Assembly (NCBI GenBank): GCA_051942165.1
Contig: JAVECS010000009.1
Span: forward strand, 1 to 49,788
DNA length: 49,788 nucleotides
DNA from: Circinaria calcarea
Lineage: Eukaryota
Reading direction: 5' to 3'
Positions within the stretch are counted from its first letter, which is position 1; every line of letters begins with the position of its first letter. A model generated the notes under the pieces. It made no database searches. It saw nothing but the letters and a program-made list of their open reading frames with translations, and had not been told where the DNA came from. Shown in pieces: positions 47,708 to 49,788 of the stretch. Position numbers and translations under genes: made by a program.

Positions 47708-48997
47708 ATGCCGGACGTCACTCCGATGCGGAACTCGAACAAACCAACACACAAATACCGGGCATCGTGTGACTCCTGCCACGAAGCCAAAGTACGTTGC
47801 TCTCAAACACGACCTGGCTGTGCGCGATGTCTGAAGCATGGTATTTGCTGTGTATATGGCATATCCCAAAGATCCGGCAAGCATAGTGCGGAGACTTACA
47901 ATGCCATGAAGAGAAATTCAACTGTCGTTTCCGGACCCCCAACACCACCAGCGACAACAGGTACAGAGATTCTAAACTCTTTCGACGATACAGAAGATCC
48001 AACAGATTTTTTCTTATCATCTCCAATCTTCCCAGATCACACCTCAGATCCCCCTGATATATTAGGGCAAAAGCGCAGGCAATGGACCTTTGACAGCAAT
48101 ATCGTGCTCGATGAATGTATCGTTCCTCAATGGGCGCGAACCAACTATAACAGTCATTCCATGCTCGGAAAAGATGAGATCCAGAAGAGCAGCTTCCAAC
48201 AACACCCATCACGGCCTTCCTCGCGCCAATGTTCAGAAGATGCCTTGCAGTCCGCAAGGCATGAATCTATTTATTCCCCACCTCCGGTCTCAACGTCCTG
48301 CGGACCGAATGAGAAAGCTTCAAGCCTTTTCCAAGCAGGACTTATGCCTTACGGTCAAAATAATAAAGATGAAAATCTCTCTTCCAGTCAAGCAAGCACC
48401 CCCTGTACCTCTTGCGCAGCCAATAGTCACGCCCATTTTTCACTTCCCTCTGGAACTTGCCGCTGCAACGAGGTTATTATCGCTCAACTATCTTTACTAC
48501 CCGTGCTGCTCCAGAATGAGCGTCGTGCTTTCGATGTCGAGCTCGTCCAATTTCAGCAAGCGATCAGGCTCTGTGCGAGTGTTCTAGCCTGTTCATGTTC
48601 TGGCAAGGACTACACAACCGTTTTGACTATAAGTATGCTCATTGCTCGAATCGTTGCGGTCTTTGAGCGTGGTGGTGGCAACGCGTATAAAGACGATGTG
48701 ATGTCCAGCGATATAGCAGGCAGGGGCAGTATTAATCGGTCACCAAAGTTTTCCCTCGGCACGTATCAGATCGATGGGGAAGACGAGAGGAGACTTAAGC
48801 AAGAAGTTTGGTGGTTGCAGCTCAGGAAAGTGGAGTCCCTTGTTGCAGGATTTAAGGAAATGTTTAGGAGAGCAGAACAACAGCAAGTGCACCAAGACAT
48901 GCTTCAAGCAGCCGCATGGGAGAAACTATATCTCCTACTTGACCAGAAAGCTCAGGCCGTGAAAAGAGACTGGGTAGCAGCCCGTGGTAATATTTAA
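47708..48997 (+). CDS. Zn(II)2Cys6 transcription factor, AflR-like pathway-specific regulator
   Basis: KYRASCDSCHEAKVRCSQTRPGCARCLKHGICCVYGISQRSGK, plus a C-terminal CRC...LACSCS...FSLGTYQIDGEDE segment typical of AflR-like cluster regulators. No introns. Confidence 0.9.
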   Translation: MPDVTPMRNSNKPTHKYRASCDSCHEAKVRCSQTRPGCARCLKHGICCVYGISQRSGKHSAETYNAMKRNSTVVSGPPTPPATTGTEILNSFDDTEDPTDFFLSSPIFPDHTSDPPDILGQKRRQWTFDSNIVLDECIVPQWARTNYNSHSMLGKDEIQKSSFQQHPSRPSSRQCSEDALQSARHESIYSPPPVSTSCGPNEKASSLFQAGLMPYGQNNKDENLSSSQASTPCTSCAANSHAHFSLPSGTCRCNEVIIAQLSLLPVLLQNERRAFDVELVQFQQAIRLCASVLACSCSGKDYTTVLTISMLIARIVAVFERGGGNAYKDDVMSSDIAGRGSINRSPKFSLGTYQIDGEDERRLKQEVWWLQLRKVESLVAGFKEMFRRAEQQQVHQDMLQAAAWEKLYLLLDQKAQAVKRDWVAARGNI

Positions 48998-49136
48998 TAT
49001 TCCGGTATTTGATCAGCGAGATAGTTTTAGCATCGCTGGTTAATAATAGGTGGTAAAATCCTTAAGAGGGAATAGCGTATCATACAAGGAGTAAAAGTAA
49101 GATGCCTTGTCGTTACTCAATTCAAAGTATGAGATA

Positions 49137-49788
49137 CTACTTCCTTCTCAACCCTCTCTTCTCTGCGTTCCTCGCTTTCCTGGCATTTGCTTTCCTCCAC
49201 GCCAAGAATCGATCTCCGGCCTTGTATTCTCGTACCTTGACTTTCGCCCTCTCTGCTGCCCGACCAATCTGCCAATTAGATTCTCGATACATGTAACCCT
49301 CCTTTAATGCTAGCTTCTGCTTTGGTTCTGATGCTTTTGCTCTTGCACAGATTGCCATGTCTGCGCTTGCTGCCTCCACCTCGTTCGATCCCTCATTTGC
49401 CCCTTGTTCAGCCATGGCTTCAGTAAAGGCTCCTCCTATAGTCTCCACTCCAACTGCTTCTGTACTCATGTCCCTTGCCTCTAATCCCAACCTCCTCCTC
49501 CTAGCCGCCCCTCTTCCCCTCGGTAGACTCCATCCACTATCAAACACTATTCCGATGTATTTCCTGTCCTTGTGTTTGTCGGGGTCCCGATAGTATCTCA
49601 CATACCCCTTTTCGAGCGCAAATATCGTATGGTCGCGTCCCATGCCGCAATTCTCCCCCGGAAACCAATGCGTACCCCGTTGGCGGAAGATGATGTTACC
49701 GGGGACAACGAGTTCGGAGTCGGATTTCTTGGCTCCGAGACGTTTTCCAGGACCGGGTGCGGCTTTGTTCGCACGACCTTGACTTGCA
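49137..49788 (-). CDS. MRP7: Mitochondrial large-subunit ribosomal protein bL27m (5'-truncated by window edge)
   Basis: ASQGRANK...PGKRLGAKK...[42 protein letters not shown]...[12 protein letters not shown]. Confidence 0.92.
   Translation of the reverse strand, partial: ASQGRANKAAPGPGKRLGAKKSDSELVVPGNIIFRQRGTHWFPGENCGMGRDHTIFALEKGYVRYYRDPDKHKDRKYIGIVFDSGWSLPRGRGAARRRRLGLEARDMSTEAVGVETIGGAFTEAMAEQGANEGSNEVEAASADMAICARAKASEPKQKLALKEGYMYRESNWQIGRAAERAKVKVREYKAGDRFLAWRKANARKARNAEKRGLRRK

Noticed and set aside
43..49593. Numerous antisense or alternate-frame ORFs in the track (e.g. 43-624, 7375-7794, 47718-48257)
   Set aside because: Shadow ORFs of well-supported genes.

Overview
Intron-rich filamentous ascomycete (Pezizomycotina) genomic DNA. 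Housekeeping genes flank the window: NOB1 (5'-truncated), NOP10, an uncharacterised C-terminally membrane-anchored protein, SEN2 and RAD9/Crb2 on the left, and mitochondrial ribosomal bL27m (5'-truncated) on the right. Between them (about 14.6-49.0 kb) lies a compact, apparently intact 11-gene secondary-metabolite cluster: PDR-type ABC transporter, cupin, two SDRs, a highly reducing PKS (KS-AT-DH-degenerate MT-ER-KR-ACP, no release domain), a DMATS-type aromatic prenyltransferase, an 815-aa FAD monooxygenase fused to a polytopic membrane domain, a P450, a secreted BBE-like FAD oxidase, a third SDR and an AflR-like Zn2Cys6 regulator. The gene inventory matches the alkyl-salicylaldehyde/salicyl-alcohol class of HR-PKS clusters (flavoglaucin fog, annullatin anu, trichoxide vir, sordarial srd; recalled family knowledge, not a database search). 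The most notable elements are the epoxidase-like/cyclase-like fusion, the exporter paired with a secreted oxidase, and a recurring TCG-N5-CGA palindrome in several cluster promoters. All gene models were spliced by hand from GT-AG and branch-site signals.
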